Counted from the first letter of the stretch, positions 37,085 through 46,373 are shown. The stretch: DNA of 64,000 nucleotides from Clostridiales bacterium (GCA_038562165.1 JBCFAO010000019.1:995-64994), one strand, 5' to 3'. The notes: generated by a model not told the origin, from the letters alone. Program-made: numbers and translations.

Positions 37085-37113
37085 ATTATAACAATATTGT
37101 GAAAAAAGAGCAA
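37085..37113 (-). promoter_or_regulatory. Sigma-A type promoter candidate driving the structured element
   Basis: On the minus strand: TTGCTC (37113-37108), a 17-nt spacer, then TATAAT (37090-37085). Confidence 0.55.
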
Positions 37114-37120
37114 TATCTCC

Positions 37121-37573
37121 TTACTTCTCCCCGTAAAAAGATAATAAATTCCCTTTCAGCTCATCATAATACATCAAATGCCTGAGTTTTTGGGTAATTA
37201 GTCCCGTTAATTCCGGCCAGCAATCAGGCATCTCCCTGATAAAATCCCGGCAACCCTGCTCCAGGATTTGATTGACTAAAGTCTGGTTCCAAGGAGTTTT
37301 AACCAAGCGGGCTTCTTTCTGCAAAAAAGACAAGTAGGCTATACATTCCCAATATTCTTCAAAAGCCAAAAAAAGATGGTGCCAGCGCCATATAGGCTTT
37401 TGCCGCAAATATTGCACCACCATTTTTTTTACGGTGAAAAGGGGGATATCCTCCCCCCTTTTTTCCCGGTCAATATCCCCATCGCCGTCAAAGCAGGCTT
37501 CAAAGCCCAGACGGCGGCATAAACGCCAATGGGCAGGCCAAAACTTGTGTTGTCTCCGCAGGCGAAAATCCAT
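37121..37573 (-). CDS. Hypothetical Trp/Arg-rich protein (150 aa) downstream of spoVAEb
   Basis: SD AGGGGAG. It lies 23 nt after the spoVAEb stop on the same strand. I recognised no family. Confidence 0.55.
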   Translation of the reverse strand: MDFRLRRQHKFWPAHWRLCRRLGFEACFDGDGDIDREKRGEDIPLFTVKKMVVQYLRQKPIWRWHHLFLAFEEYWECIAYLSFLQKEARLVKTPWNQTLVNQILEQGCRDFIREMPDCWPELTGLITQKLRHLMYYDELKGNLLSFYGEK

Positions 37574-37596
37574 AAAACTCCCCTGTTTTCTTTTCG

Positions 37597-37965
37597 TTAG
37601 CCTTTAGGGTTGCAGGTGGCTGCTATAACTACACCCATGATAATGGCCACGGAAATACCGACGGCACCGGCCTTCAAGCCGCCGCCTATGGCTTGCAGGA
37701 AGCCTTCTTTAGCTCCTTCAATAGCGCCTTGAGCCATGGAGTGGCCAAAGCCCGATAAGGGTATCGCCGCCCCGGACCCGCCAAAATCGATGAGGGGCTT
37801 ATAAAGCCCAAAGGCGCTGAGAATGGCTCCTCCAGTGACATAGCCAACTAAGACGTGGGCCGGCGTAACTTTGAAAGGCGTTAGATCCATAATCAACTGG
37901 CCGATAGCACAGATTGCCCCGCCGGTAATAAAGGCTTTCACAAAAATAGGCAGTATATCCGACAT
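37597..37965 (-). CDS. spoVAE: Stage V sporulation protein AE (SpoVAEb; SpoVAC/SpoVAEB family)
   Basis: Sequence MSDILPIFVKAFITGGAICAIGQL...IPLSGFGHSM. ATG 37965 has the SD AAGGGGG. It lies adjacent to the spoVAD stop. Confidence 0.88.
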   Translation of the reverse strand: MSDILPIFVKAFITGGAICAIGQLIMDLTPFKVTPAHVLVGYVTGGAILSAFGLYKPLIDFGGSGAAIPLSGFGHSMAQGAIEGAKEGFLQAIGGGLKAGAVGISVAIIMGVVIAATCNPKG

Positions 37966-37966
37966 G

Positions 37967-38989
37967 TTAATTCCCCCTTTCCAAGCAGACTGCATGAGCT
38001 ATAGTAGGTATCGTTTCGCCTTGGAAAGAGGTAGCCGGTGACAGCAAAGCGCCGGTGCCCACAAAAAGAATACGGTTAAGGGGTTTATTCCAGCGGCCCT
38101 CTAAAAACAGAGGGCCAAAAACTACGGCAGAGCAGCCGCAGCCGCTGGCGCCGCTATGGGCATCCTGGGTTTCGTCGTAAATAAATAATCCGCAATCCGT
38201 AACCGGTTCTGGATTTAAATTAGCTTTTTGGAAAAAATCCAGCAAAACCTTATTGCCTAAGGAACCCAAATCGCCGGTAACGATACAATCATAGTCCGCC
38301 ATTCCTCTATTCGTATCCGCAAAATGAGCCATAATCGTATCAAAAGCGGCGGGAGCCATAGCAGAACCCATATCATTGCTGTCTTGCACACCCAGATCAT
38401 TAACCTTCCCTATGGTAGCCATAGTCAAACGCCAGCCGGCAGGGCTGCCGGTTTCAGAAGGGACCATAATATAGGCGCCGGCGCCGGTGACTGTCCATTG
38501 GGCGGTCATCGCTCTTTGACTGCCCAGCTCTGTAGGAAAGCGCAGCTCTTTTTCGGCGGAATTATGATGACTTACGGCCGCCACGCCAATTTTATCACCG
38601 TAACCGCCGTCAATCAATATCCCTGCCAGAGCCATTCCTTCCGCTAAGGTGGAACAGGCGCCGTAGAGGCCAAAAAAAGGTACGCCTAATTCTCTGGCGG
38701 TAAAGTTTGATGAAATAATCTGATTAAGCAGATCGCCGGCAAAAAGAAAGTCTAGATCCTGGGGCTGCCATCCCAATTTTGACAATACTAATTCCACACT
38801 GTACTGCATAAGCCGCTGCTCGGCCTTTTCCCAGGATTCCTGACCTAATAACGGATCCTCACCTACCATATCAAAATAGCTTCCCATAGGGCCTTCCCCT
38901 TCCCTAGGGCCGGTTACCGTAGCCCAATTGAGGATCGCCGGCCGGTTGGGAAAAGAAATGGTCTGAGCGCCTACTTTCTTTAACGCCAT
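37967..38989 (-). CDS. spoVAD: Stage V sporulation protein AD (thiolase-fold)
   Basis: MALKKVGAQTISFPNRPAIL...GACSTLAEGM is typical of SpoVAD. Start taken at ATG 38989. Confidence 0.9.
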   Translation of the reverse strand: MALKKVGAQTISFPNRPAILNWATVTGPREGEGPMGSYFDMVGEDPLLGQESWEKAEQRLMQYSVELVLSKLGWQPQDLDFLFAGDLLNQIISSNFTARELGVPFFGLYGACSTLAEGMALAGILIDGGYGDKIGVAAVSHHNSAEKELRFPTELGSQRAMTAQWTVTGAGAYIMVPSETGSPAGWRLTMATIGKVNDLGVQDSNDMGSAMAPAAFDTIMAHFADTNRGMADYDCIVTGDLGSLGNKVLLDFFQKANLNPEPVTDCGLFIYDETQDAHSGASGCGCSAVVFGPLFLEGRWNKPLNRILFVGTGALLSPATSFQGETIPTIAHAVCLERGN

Positions 38990-39066
38990 ATTATCATCCC
39001 TTTCCTCTGCAGTCACGCACATGACGCTTTTACGTTATTCTGCCTGGGAAAAGGATGAAATATTCA

Positions 39067-39762
39067 TTAATTATTCATTTCTACATCCGGCGGCACAACA
39101 AACAGACTTTCTGCCGGAGCGCCGGTCTGAATTTCCGTAAGCTCCAGACTGTACCAGCCGTTATCATCGGTACCGATGTATTTAACAGGCAAGCCTAGAG
39201 TTTTACTGACCCAGATTTTTAAAACGCCAAACTCATCTTCCGTCTCCACCACCTGGCAGGACAAGCCGGCTAAAACTTCTTCCCCCACTGTCTTGAAACG
39301 GTATACCTGCTCATTAAGCAAAGCTTCCGTATTGGGAACGAGACCCATGTCATCACCGGCTTCCATCATCCGGTAGCCGATTTTTTCCGGGAGACTGTAA
39401 TATACTGTGGACTGGCCGTCGCAAATGGATACGGATTGGCTGTCACCTTCCTGGGTAACCATCTTGACCAGATGATCCCGCTTGTAATATTCGTAGATAA
39501 ATTCATTATTGCTGCTGTTAAATTTAGCGGTATAGCTGAGGTTTTGGATGTCGAGACCTTTGGACAAAAGAGCGTGAATCTCTTGGTGGTCCTTCTCCTT
39601 ATCTTCTTCGGCATCGGTCACCGGTTCCGTATCCTCCGGCTGCGTCTCGGGATCGGTGACGGCAGGCAACGGAGAAACCGGCGTTTCGGCAGGCTTATTG
39701 CCACAGGCAGCTACAGTTAACAGAATAATAATCGCAAGCAGGTAAAAGCTTTTCTTTTTCAA
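39067..39762 (-). CDS. Lipoprotein, LolA-like/DUF4367-like fold candidate
   Basis: Lipobox LLTVAAC. TTG 39762 with SD GGAAGGAGAG. It ends 44 nt upstream of spoVAD on the same strand. Confidence 0.6.
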   Translation of the reverse strand: MKKKSFYLLAIIILLTVAACGNKPAETPVSPLPAVTDPETQPEDTEPVTDAEEDKEKDHQEIHALLSKGLDIQNLSYTAKFNSSNNEFIYEYYKRDHLVKMVTQEGDSQSVSICDGQSTVYYSLPEKIGYRMMEAGDDMGLVPNTEALLNEQVYRFKTVGEEVLAGLSCQVVETEDEFGVLKIWVSKTLGLPVKYIGTDDNGWYSLELTEIQTGAPAESLFVVPPDVEMNN

Positions 39763-39952
39763 AAAGGTCACTCTCCTTCCCAAATTTTATGATATCATGA
39801 AAAAATCCATTAGAAAAGCAAATCAAACTTAAATTATCATTAAGATTTTTAAATAAAAAGTAATACTGGACAAAGGGCTCGATATATAGTATAACATTAT
39901 TGTTGATTAAAGCGCAATTATGTCACCATATATTGTGCTCAGATGTCCTAAT

Positions 39953-40059
39953 TAGTACGCAGATGGTCTTACAGACTCAATCTGCTATCCGAAGATCCTT
40001 GGGGCGCAGATGGTCTTACAGACTCAATATGCTATCCGCAGTTACTTAGTACGCAGATG
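39953..40059 (+). repeat. Two 47-nt-period direct repeats, each a hairpin, flanked by TAGTACGCAGATG copies
   Basis: GCAGATGGTCTTACAGACTCAATCTGCTATCCG (39959-39991) and GCAGATGGTCTTACAGACTCAATATGCTATCCG (40006-40038) differ at one position. TAGTACGCAGATG occurs at 39953 and 40047. Confidence 0.85.
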
Positions 40060-40065
40060 TAGGAG

Positions 40066-40704
40066 GTGAATTTTATTTTACTGAGCAAGCGTCAGGAGGC
40101 TATTTTATCTTTAGTACAAAAGAAAGGCCCCATCACCGGCGAAGAAATCGGCGACGCTTTGGGATTGGCAAGGGCTACATTAAGGCCGGATCTGGCTTTT
40201 CTTACCCGCACAGGCATCATCGGCGCTAAACCCCGGGTAGGCTATTATTATGATGGCAGGGGCATTCCCGACCAGATCAGCAGTAAATTGAATAAACTCA
40301 TTGTCGGTGACTGGATGGGCGTACCTAAAGTTATTGACAGCAAGCTCTCCGTCTATGACGCTATCGTAGAAATGTTTATGCGGGATGTAGGCAGTTTATT
40401 TATTACAAACGCAGACGAAGGTTTAGTAGGTATCGTATCCCGAAAGGATTTGCTCCGGGCCAATATGGGCCAGGGAGATATCAAGCAGATGCCGGTTTCT
40501 CTGATTATGACCAGAATGCCCAATCTGATCACCTGCCAGCCTGAAGACACGCTGCTGTCGGCGGCCCAGAAGCTCCAGGATCACCAGATTGACAGTTTAC
40601 CGGTGATCGGCAATGATCCGGTAAGCGGCGCCAAGACTCCACAGCCTTTGGGCAGGATCACCAAAACAACTATTGTCAAGGCCTTTGTGGGGTTGGGATC
40701 CTAA
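40066..40704 (+). CDS. ccpN: CcpN-like transcriptional regulator (HTH plus two CBS domains)
   Basis: KRQEAILSLVQKKGPITGEEIGDALGLARATLRPDLAFLT...PRVGYYY closely parallels B. subtilis CcpN. GTG 40066 overlaps the SD AGGAGG, so the true start may be ATT 40075 or CTG 40081. Confidence 0.82.
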   Translation: MNFILLSKRQEAILSLVQKKGPITGEEIGDALGLARATLRPDLAFLTRTGIIGAKPRVGYYYDGRGIPDQISSKLNKLIVGDWMGVPKVIDSKLSVYDAIVEMFMRDVGSLFITNADEGLVGIVSRKDLLRANMGQGDIKQMPVSLIMTRMPNLITCQPEDTLLSAAQKLQDHQIDSLPVIGNDPVSGAKTPQPLGRITKTTIVKAFVGLGS

Positions 40705-40757
40705 GAACCGTAAGGCACGATCAGGAGCTAAAATCGCTGAAAGGGATTGGTCTTTTC

Positions 40758-41570
40758 ATGTTAATTTTCGTTATTTCAGACTCCATCGGAGAAACAGGCA
40801 CAAAAGTAATCCAGGCAGCTACCAGTCAATTTCCTATCGATAATCTTGAAATCCGGCGTTTTCCTTTTGTCCGTGACGCCTACACCATCGACAAGGTATT
40901 TGAGGATTATCAGCGGGAAAACAGCAATCCGGCAAATGGTATGATTGCGTTTACTCTGGTTTCTCCCGAACTGCGAGCCTATACGCTGAACAAAGGCAAA
41001 ACATTAAATATCGTAACCATGGATATTCTGGGGCCTTTTATGGAACAGGTAGCCCGCATGCTTAACCTTGATCCCCGCTTGAAACCGGGACTGACCCACC
41101 AGATGGATCAGGCTTATTATAAACGGGTAGAGGCAATTGAATTCGCTATCAAATACGATGACGGCAAAGATAATAGCGGCCTGAAAGAAGCCGATGTGGT
41201 GCTGGTAGGAATATCCCGCACTTCCAAAACCCCTCTTTGCATGTATCTAGCCTATCAGGCCATCAAAGCCGCCAATGTTCCTTTAGTTCCAGAGACGTCA
41301 GTTCCCCAGGAATTGTTCCAATTACCCCGGTTTAAAGTTATTGGCCTTACTATTCAACCCGACGTCCTCCATTCCATCCGGGTAAACCGGCTGAAAGAAA
41401 TGGGCCTTTATGAGGAAACCCATTACAGCAATATGGAGAGAATATTGAAAGAACTGGAGTACGGTCAGGAAATTATGAAAAAGCTTGGTTGCCCCGTCAT
41501 TGATACCTCAAACAAAGCCATGGAAGAAACGGCAGGAAAAATAATGCAAATCATGCAGAGGAGCGTGTAA
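40758..41570 (+). CDS. Pyruvate, phosphate dikinase regulatory protein (PDRP; YqfL/PpsR family)
   Basis: VISDSIGETG N-terminus and GISRTSKTP P-loop. It lies between ccpN and ppdK. Confidence 0.9.
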   Translation: MLIFVISDSIGETGTKVIQAATSQFPIDNLEIRRFPFVRDAYTIDKVFEDYQRENSNPANGMIAFTLVSPELRAYTLNKGKTLNIVTMDILGPFMEQVARMLNLDPRLKPGLTHQMDQAYYKRVEAIEFAIKYDDGKDNSGLKEADVVLVGISRTSKTPLCMYLAYQAIKAANVPLVPETSVPQELFQLPRFKVIGLTIQPDVLHSIRVNRLKEMGLYEETHYSNMERILKELEYGQEIMKKLGCPVIDTSNKAMEETAGKIMQIMQRSV

Positions 41571-41572
41571 TT

Positions 41573-44215
41573 ATGACAGAACAGAAATTTGTGTATCTTT
41601 TTGAAGAAGGCCGGGCGGATATGAAGCTATTGCTGGGCGGCAAGGGCGCCAACCTGGCGGAAATGACCAACATCGGACTGCCCGTACCTCCCGGTTTAAC
41701 TTTAACCACTGATACCTGCAAAGAATATTTTAAAGCCGGTAAAACTTTCCCTGTCGGCATGGAAGCTCAATTATGGGAGAAGCTGGCCGTTATTGAAAAG
41801 AAAATCGGCAAGGTTTTCGGCGATGTCAAGGATCCTCTGCTGGTTTCCGTTCGTTCCGGCGCTCCCGTTTCCATGCCCGGCATGATGGATACAATTCTCA
41901 ATTTAGGTCTCAACGACGATACGGTTGAAGGCCTCATTGCCGCCACCGGCAATCCCCGTTTTTCTCTGGACAGCTATCGCCGTTTTATCCAGATGTTTGG
42001 CGATGTGGTTATGGGTGTGGAGCATTATCAGTTTGAGCTGGCTTTGGAAGATCAGAAAAAAGCTCAAGGTGTTAAAGAAGATAAAGACCTTACCCCCGAA
42101 TCCTTGCGGGCGCTGATTCAGACTTACAAGCAACTGGTCAAAAGAGAAAGCGGCGAAGAATTCCCCAGTGATCCCAAGAAACAATTGCTGAAAGCTATTG
42201 AAGCTGTGTTTGCTTCCTGGTATAACCCCCGGGCCGAGGTATACCGCCGAATCAACAAAATTTCCGAAGATCTGGGAACTGCCGTTAACGTTCAATGTAT
42301 GGTCTTCGGTAACATGGGCGACGATTCCGGTACCGGCGTCGCCTTCACCCGCAATCCCTCCACCGGCGAAAAAGCTCTTTACGGCGAATACCTGATGAAC
42401 GCTCAAGGCGAGGACGTCGTGGCCGGCATCAGAACCCCCCAGCCCATCTCCAAGCTGGCGGCAGATTCCCCCGCTATCTACCAGCAGTTCCATGATATTT
42501 GCACCACTTTGGAAAACCATTACCGGGATATGCAGGATATCGAATTCACCATTCAAAATCAGAAGCTGTATATGCTGCAGACAAGAAACGGCAAACGTAC
42601 TGCTCAGGCGGCGGTCCAGGTAGCCGTAGACATGGTGTCCGAAGGCCTCATCACCAAGGAAGAAGCTATCATGCGGGTAGTTCCTGCCGATTTAGAACAA
42701 ATGCTCCACCGCCGTATCGATCCCAAGGCTAAATTTGAAGTTTTGGCCACCGGCCTGCCTGCCTCTCCCGGCGCCGCCTGCGGTAAAATCGTTTTTGATG
42801 CCGACACTGCCCATGACCGGGGCAACGCCGGTGAAAAAGTGATTCTGGTGCGGCCGGAAACCACTCCCGACGATATTCACGGTATCGTAATGGCTCAGGG
42901 AATCTTGACCAGCCGGGGCGGCATGACCAGCCACGCTGCCGTAGTAGCCAGAGGTATGGGCAAATGCTGCGTCTGCGGCTGCGATGCCCTGCAAATTGAT
43001 TTGGTTAAGAAAACCGTTGCCGTAGGCGATATTCTCCTGAAAGAAAATGACTTGCTCTCTCTGGACGGCAGCACAGGCCGGGTAATCGTCGGCCAAGTGC
43101 CTTTAATCGATCCTGTCCTCAGCGGCGCTTTCCTCACCTTTCTGGAATGGGCCGACGATCTCCGGACCATGGGCGTTTATACTAATGCCGACACGCCGGA
43201 GGATGCTGCCAAGGCCCGGGAAATGGGGGCTGAAGGTATTGGCCTTTGCCGCACCGAACATATGTTCATGGCTCAGGACCGCCTGCCCATCATGCAGAAA
43301 ATGATTATGGCGGATACGCTGGAACAGCGCAAAGCAGCTTTGGATCAGCTTCTGCCCTTCCAGGAAGAGGATTTCTATGGCATTCTCAAAGCCATGGATG
43401 GTTTAGAAACCACCATCCGTTTGCTGGATCCCCCTCTCCATGAATTCCTGCCTTCTTTGGAAAGCCTGGTAGTAGAGATTACCACCTTAAGACTTACGCA
43501 ATGTGACGAGAAAAAATGCCAGGAGTTAGAAGCTTTACTTCATAAGGTACGTTCTCTTCACGAAGCCAATCCCATGCTGGGCACCCGGGGCTGCCGGCTG
43601 GGTATCCGGTACCCCGAGATTTACCGCATGCAGGCCAAAGCAATCTTCCAGGCTGCCGTCCGATTAAAGAAAGAAGGCTTTAATCCTAAGCCCCTGGTGG
43701 AGATTCCCTTGGTCATCGATCAAAAGGAACTGAGCATCCTGCGGCAGGCGATCAAGGAAGAAGCCGATACAGTCATGAAGGACAGCGGTTTAACTTTGGA
43801 ATACCATGTAGGCGTCATGCTGGAACTGCCCCGGGCTTGCCTGATGGCCGGCGAATTGGCTAAGGAAGCCGATTTCATGACCTTCGGCACCAATGATTTA
43901 ACTCAAACCACCCTGGGCTTCAGCCGTGATGATGCTGAAGGCAAATTCTTAAGCGACTACCTTGACCAGAAAATCCTCAAGGAAAACCCCTTTGCCGTAT
44001 TGGATACAACAGGCGTAGGCGAACTGATGGAGATTGCCATCAACCGGGCCCGGGCAGCGAAGCCTGGTCTTTCCTTCGGTATCTGCGGCGAGCATGGCGG
44101 TGACCCTGCCTCCATCCACTTCTGCCAGAAGGCTAACCTCACCTTTGTTAGCTGCTCTCCCTTCCGGGTGCCGGTCGCCAGGTTGGCAGCGGCACAGGCG
44201 GCGCTGAAGGCGTAA
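41573..44215 (+). CDS. ppdK: Pyruvate, phosphate dikinase
   Basis: GGKGANLAEM motif. Phosphohistidine loop GGMTSHAAVVARG. The C-terminal PEP-utilising domain contains GICGE. Confidence 0.96.
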   Translation: MTEQKFVYLFEEGRADMKLLLGGKGANLAEMTNIGLPVPPGLTLTTDTCKEYFKAGKTFPVGMEAQLWEKLAVIEKKIGKVFGDVKDPLLVSVRSGAPVSMPGMMDTILNLGLNDDTVEGLIAATGNPRFSLDSYRRFIQMFGDVVMGVEHYQFELALEDQKKAQGVKEDKDLTPESLRALIQTYKQLVKRESGEEFPSDPKKQLLKAIEAVFASWYNPRAEVYRRINKISEDLGTAVNVQCMVFGNMGDDSGTGVAFTRNPSTGEKALYGEYLMNAQGEDVVAGIRTPQPISKLAADSPAIYQQFHDICTTLENHYRDMQDIEFTIQNQKLYMLQTRNGKRTAQAAVQVAVDMVSEGLITKEEAIMRVVPADLEQMLHRRIDPKAKFEVLATGLPASPGAACGKIVFDADTAHDRGNAGEKVILVRPETTPDDIHGIVMAQGILTSRGGMTSHAAVVARGMGKCCVCGCDALQIDLVKKTVAVGDILLKENDLLSLDGSTGRVIVGQVPLIDPVLSGAFLTFLEWADDLRTMGVYTNADTPEDAAKAREMGAEGIGLCRTEHMFMAQDRLPIMQKMIMADTLEQRKAALDQLLPFQEEDFYGILKAMDGLETTIRLLDPPLHEFLPSLESLVVEITTLRLTQCDEKKCQELEALLHKVRSLHEANPMLGTRGCRLGIRYPEIYRMQAKAIFQAAVRLKKEGFNPKPLVEIPLVIDQKELSILRQAIKEEADTVMKDSGLTLEYHVGVMLELPRACLMAGELAKEADFMTFGTNDLTQTTLGFSRDDAEGKFLSDYLDQKILKENPFAVLDTTGVGELMEIAINRARAAKPGLSFGICGEHGGDPASIHFCQKANLTFVSCSPFRVPVARLAAAQAALKA

Positions 44216-44272
44216 GAATCAATTAAGCCGTAATCAGAGGGTGTGTCTCAAAACAGCACTGAAAAGAGCTGA

Positions 44273-44295
44273 GGAGGGGCACCCTCCTTTTTTGT
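44273..44295 (+). terminator. Rho-independent terminator after ppdK
   Basis: GGAGGG-gca-CCCTCC followed by TTTTTTG. Confidence 0.75.
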
Positions 44296-44554
44296 TTTTC
44301 GCTCTTTTCGGTATTCGCCAAGGGCCCACTAACAGCAGTACCGGCAGTCATCGCTGCATTGTTCTATTGCCGCGTCGCCGGCCAATGCTCCATGAATTCT
44401 TCAAAAAACCCAGCGGATAATTAAAATGATTATCCATTGGGTTTTGTTATTATGCTATAAAAACTTTAACGGTTTAAATATACTTTTCAACCGGAATATT
44501 CAAAAGGTGAAATTTCCCGACTAAACTGTTATAATATTTTTATTAAAGGGGAGG

Positions 44555-46120
44555 ATGAACAGGTTGGAAAAGGAAAGCACATCCAGAGTTTACAGGGTAT
44601 TATCCGAACTAAACGAGATCAAATGGCGTCTTGCCCTTAACGGTATATTGTCCGGCATCATTATCGGTTTGCTGGTAGTCTTATATCGTTTCGGAATTGA
44701 ATATGGAACTGAAACGGCATTACATATATATGACTTTTTAAAATCGCAGCCCGCTATGATTTTACCATGGATTCTATTTGCTATTATTGCCGGGCTGTTT
44801 ATTGCCTGGCTTATTAAATATGAGCCGATGGCCTCCGGAAGCGGAATTCCCCAGGTTGAGGGACAGTTAATCTACGGCTTAAGAATAAAATGGTATAGTG
44901 TTCTTTTGGTAAGATTTATCGGGGGGATATTATCATCAATATTTGGTCTCTCCCTTGGCAGGGAAGGCCCGTCAATACAGATAGGAGCGGCGGGAAGTCA
45001 GGCTTTATCCAAGAAGATAAGCAAAAACAAGCTTGAGGAAAACTACCTAATGACAGGCGGAGCTGCCGCCGGCCTGGCCGCTGCCTTTAATGCGCCCCTT
45101 TCCGGTATTGTCTTTGCTCTTGAGGAAGTGCATAGAAGCTTTTCGGGGCTTATCCTTGTAGCTGCTACAACGGCCGCTTTAACGGCTGATGTAGTATCAA
45201 AATATTTTTTCGGACTCAAACCGGTTTTGAGTTTTATTGAAACCTCGCCCTTATCAATTGACTATTATATCTGGCTTTTTCCATTAGGAATTCTCTCCGG
45301 TCTCGTCGGCGTATTGATGAATAAGGCTTTATTGAAGTTTCAATTATATTATGCTAAGTTCCCCTGGTTTCTACGCCCGGCTATCGCATTATTGATTGCT
45401 GTCGCATGCGGGCTTTTCCTGCCTCAGGTTTTGGGCGGGGGTTCGAATTTAATTGAACTGGCTCAAAAAGCTGATAGTGACTTTAGAGTATTGCTTCTTT
45501 ATCTCGCAGTAAAAATATTGTTTACATGCATATGCTTTGGCAGCGGCACCCCAGGAGGCATATTTTTGCCTATGCTGTCTGTCGGTGCTTTATCAGGAAG
45601 CTTAGTTGGCCTGATTGCCATAAAATTCGGATTGCCGGTAATTTATATAGCCGACTTCGCCGTTTGCGGCATGGCAGGCGTTTTATCCAGCTCGGTAAAA
45701 GCTCCTGTTACCAGCATTCTTTTGACTGCCGAAATGACCGGCTCCCTTACCCATCTGCTGCCTGTGGCCGCCTGTTCATTTATCGCTCTTTTTTTATCCG
45801 ACATTTTAAAAACGACGCCGATTTACGAAGCTTTATTGCAGCGTATTGTTAGCAAACATGGGGAAACAACAAAAAATGATAAGGCCGGCAGCCTGCTTGA
45901 GATCCCCGTTGAATTTGGATGCCCGGTTTCGGGTAAACGGATAAGTGAAGTGAAATGGCCTCAAGGGGTTTTAATTGTCAGCATACGAAGAGGAGATAGA
46001 GATATAGTACCTGGCGGCAATACCGAAATCAAAGCAGGAGACTATCTGATTGTTTTATCCTCCGAATCTACTTACAATGACATAAGCATCGGGATGAGAG
46101 ATTTGTGCCATAGCAATTAA
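44555..46120 (+). CDS. ClC-family chloride channel/antiporter with a C-terminal TrkA-C (RCK_C) domain
   Basis: GSGIPQV, GREGPSIQIG and GIFLP selectivity-filter motifs. The C-terminus GDYLIVL is typical of TrkA-C. Confidence 0.9.
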   Translation: MNRLEKESTSRVYRVLSELNEIKWRLALNGILSGIIIGLLVVLYRFGIEYGTETALHIYDFLKSQPAMILPWILFAIIAGLFIAWLIKYEPMASGSGIPQVEGQLIYGLRIKWYSVLLVRFIGGILSSIFGLSLGREGPSIQIGAAGSQALSKKISKNKLEENYLMTGGAAAGLAAAFNAPLSGIVFALEEVHRSFSGLILVAATTAALTADVVSKYFFGLKPVLSFIETSPLSIDYYIWLFPLGILSGLVGVLMNKALLKFQLYYAKFPWFLRPAIALLIAVACGLFLPQVLGGGSNLIELAQKADSDFRVLLLYLAVKILFTCICFGSGTPGGIFLPMLSVGALSGSLVGLIAIKFGLPVIYIADFAVCGMAGVLSSSVKAPVTSILLTAEMTGSLTHLLPVAACSFIALFLSDILKTTPIYEALLQRIVSKHGETTKNDKAGSLLEIPVEFGCPVSGKRISEVKWPQGVLIVSIRRGDRDIVPGGNTEIKAGDYLIVLSSESTYNDISIGMRDLCHSN

Positions 46121-46168
46121 TACCAAATATCAGTTTCTTACCTGGATTTAATTGTATTTATCATAACC

Positions 46169-46197
46169 TTGACATTATCTGAATCCGTTGATATACT
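46169..46197 (+). promoter_or_regulatory. Sigma-A type promoter candidate for the riboswitch unit
   Basis: TTGACA (46169-46174), a 17-nt spacer, then TATACT (46192-46197). Confidence 0.6.
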
Positions 46198-46224
46198 ACC
46201 CATAAATTTAATAACATTTTAGTT

Positions 46225-46350
46225 TTCTAGGGTTCCGCAACAAGAACTGTTGGTCTGGTCCGAGAGAAAACCCATAGTCTTATAGATTATGTACACGGTA
46301 GGATAAAAGCCTAGGAGTTGTTTAACGATATCTCCCTGGCTTCTTTTTTT
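46225..46350 (+). promoter_or_regulatory. ykkC-class riboswitch (most likely guanidine-I) with intrinsic terminator expression platform
   Basis: CTAGGGTTCCG...GGTCTGGTCCGAGAG...ACACGGTAGGATAAAAGCCTAGGAG matches the ykkC/yxkD core blocks. A stem GCCTAGGAG/CTCCCTGGC followed by TTCTTTTTTT comes next. Confidence 0.78.
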
Positions 46351-46373
46351 GCTCAAAAAAGGAGGAAAATAAA

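Noticed and set aside
39953-40059. A CRISPR array, considered because of direct repeats with a regular period.
   Set aside because: There are only two full repeat units. The so-called spacer is 14 nt. No cas genes are in the window. The repeats abut a gene's SD, so they are treated as a regulatory repeat instead.
41903-43170. Several 85-217-aa minus-strand ORFs inside ppdK.
   Set aside because: They are antisense to a near-certain 880-aa PPDK gene. They are Gly/Ala/Val-rich reverse-frame artefacts with no start signals.
44300-44450. A possible gene remnant or fluoride/other riboswitch upstream of the ClC gene.
   Set aside because: I found only a terminator-like hairpin (CCCAGCGGATAAT/ATTATCCATTGGG) and no crcB-motif core. 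The ClC has the chloride-type GREGPS filter, so no riboswitch call is supported.
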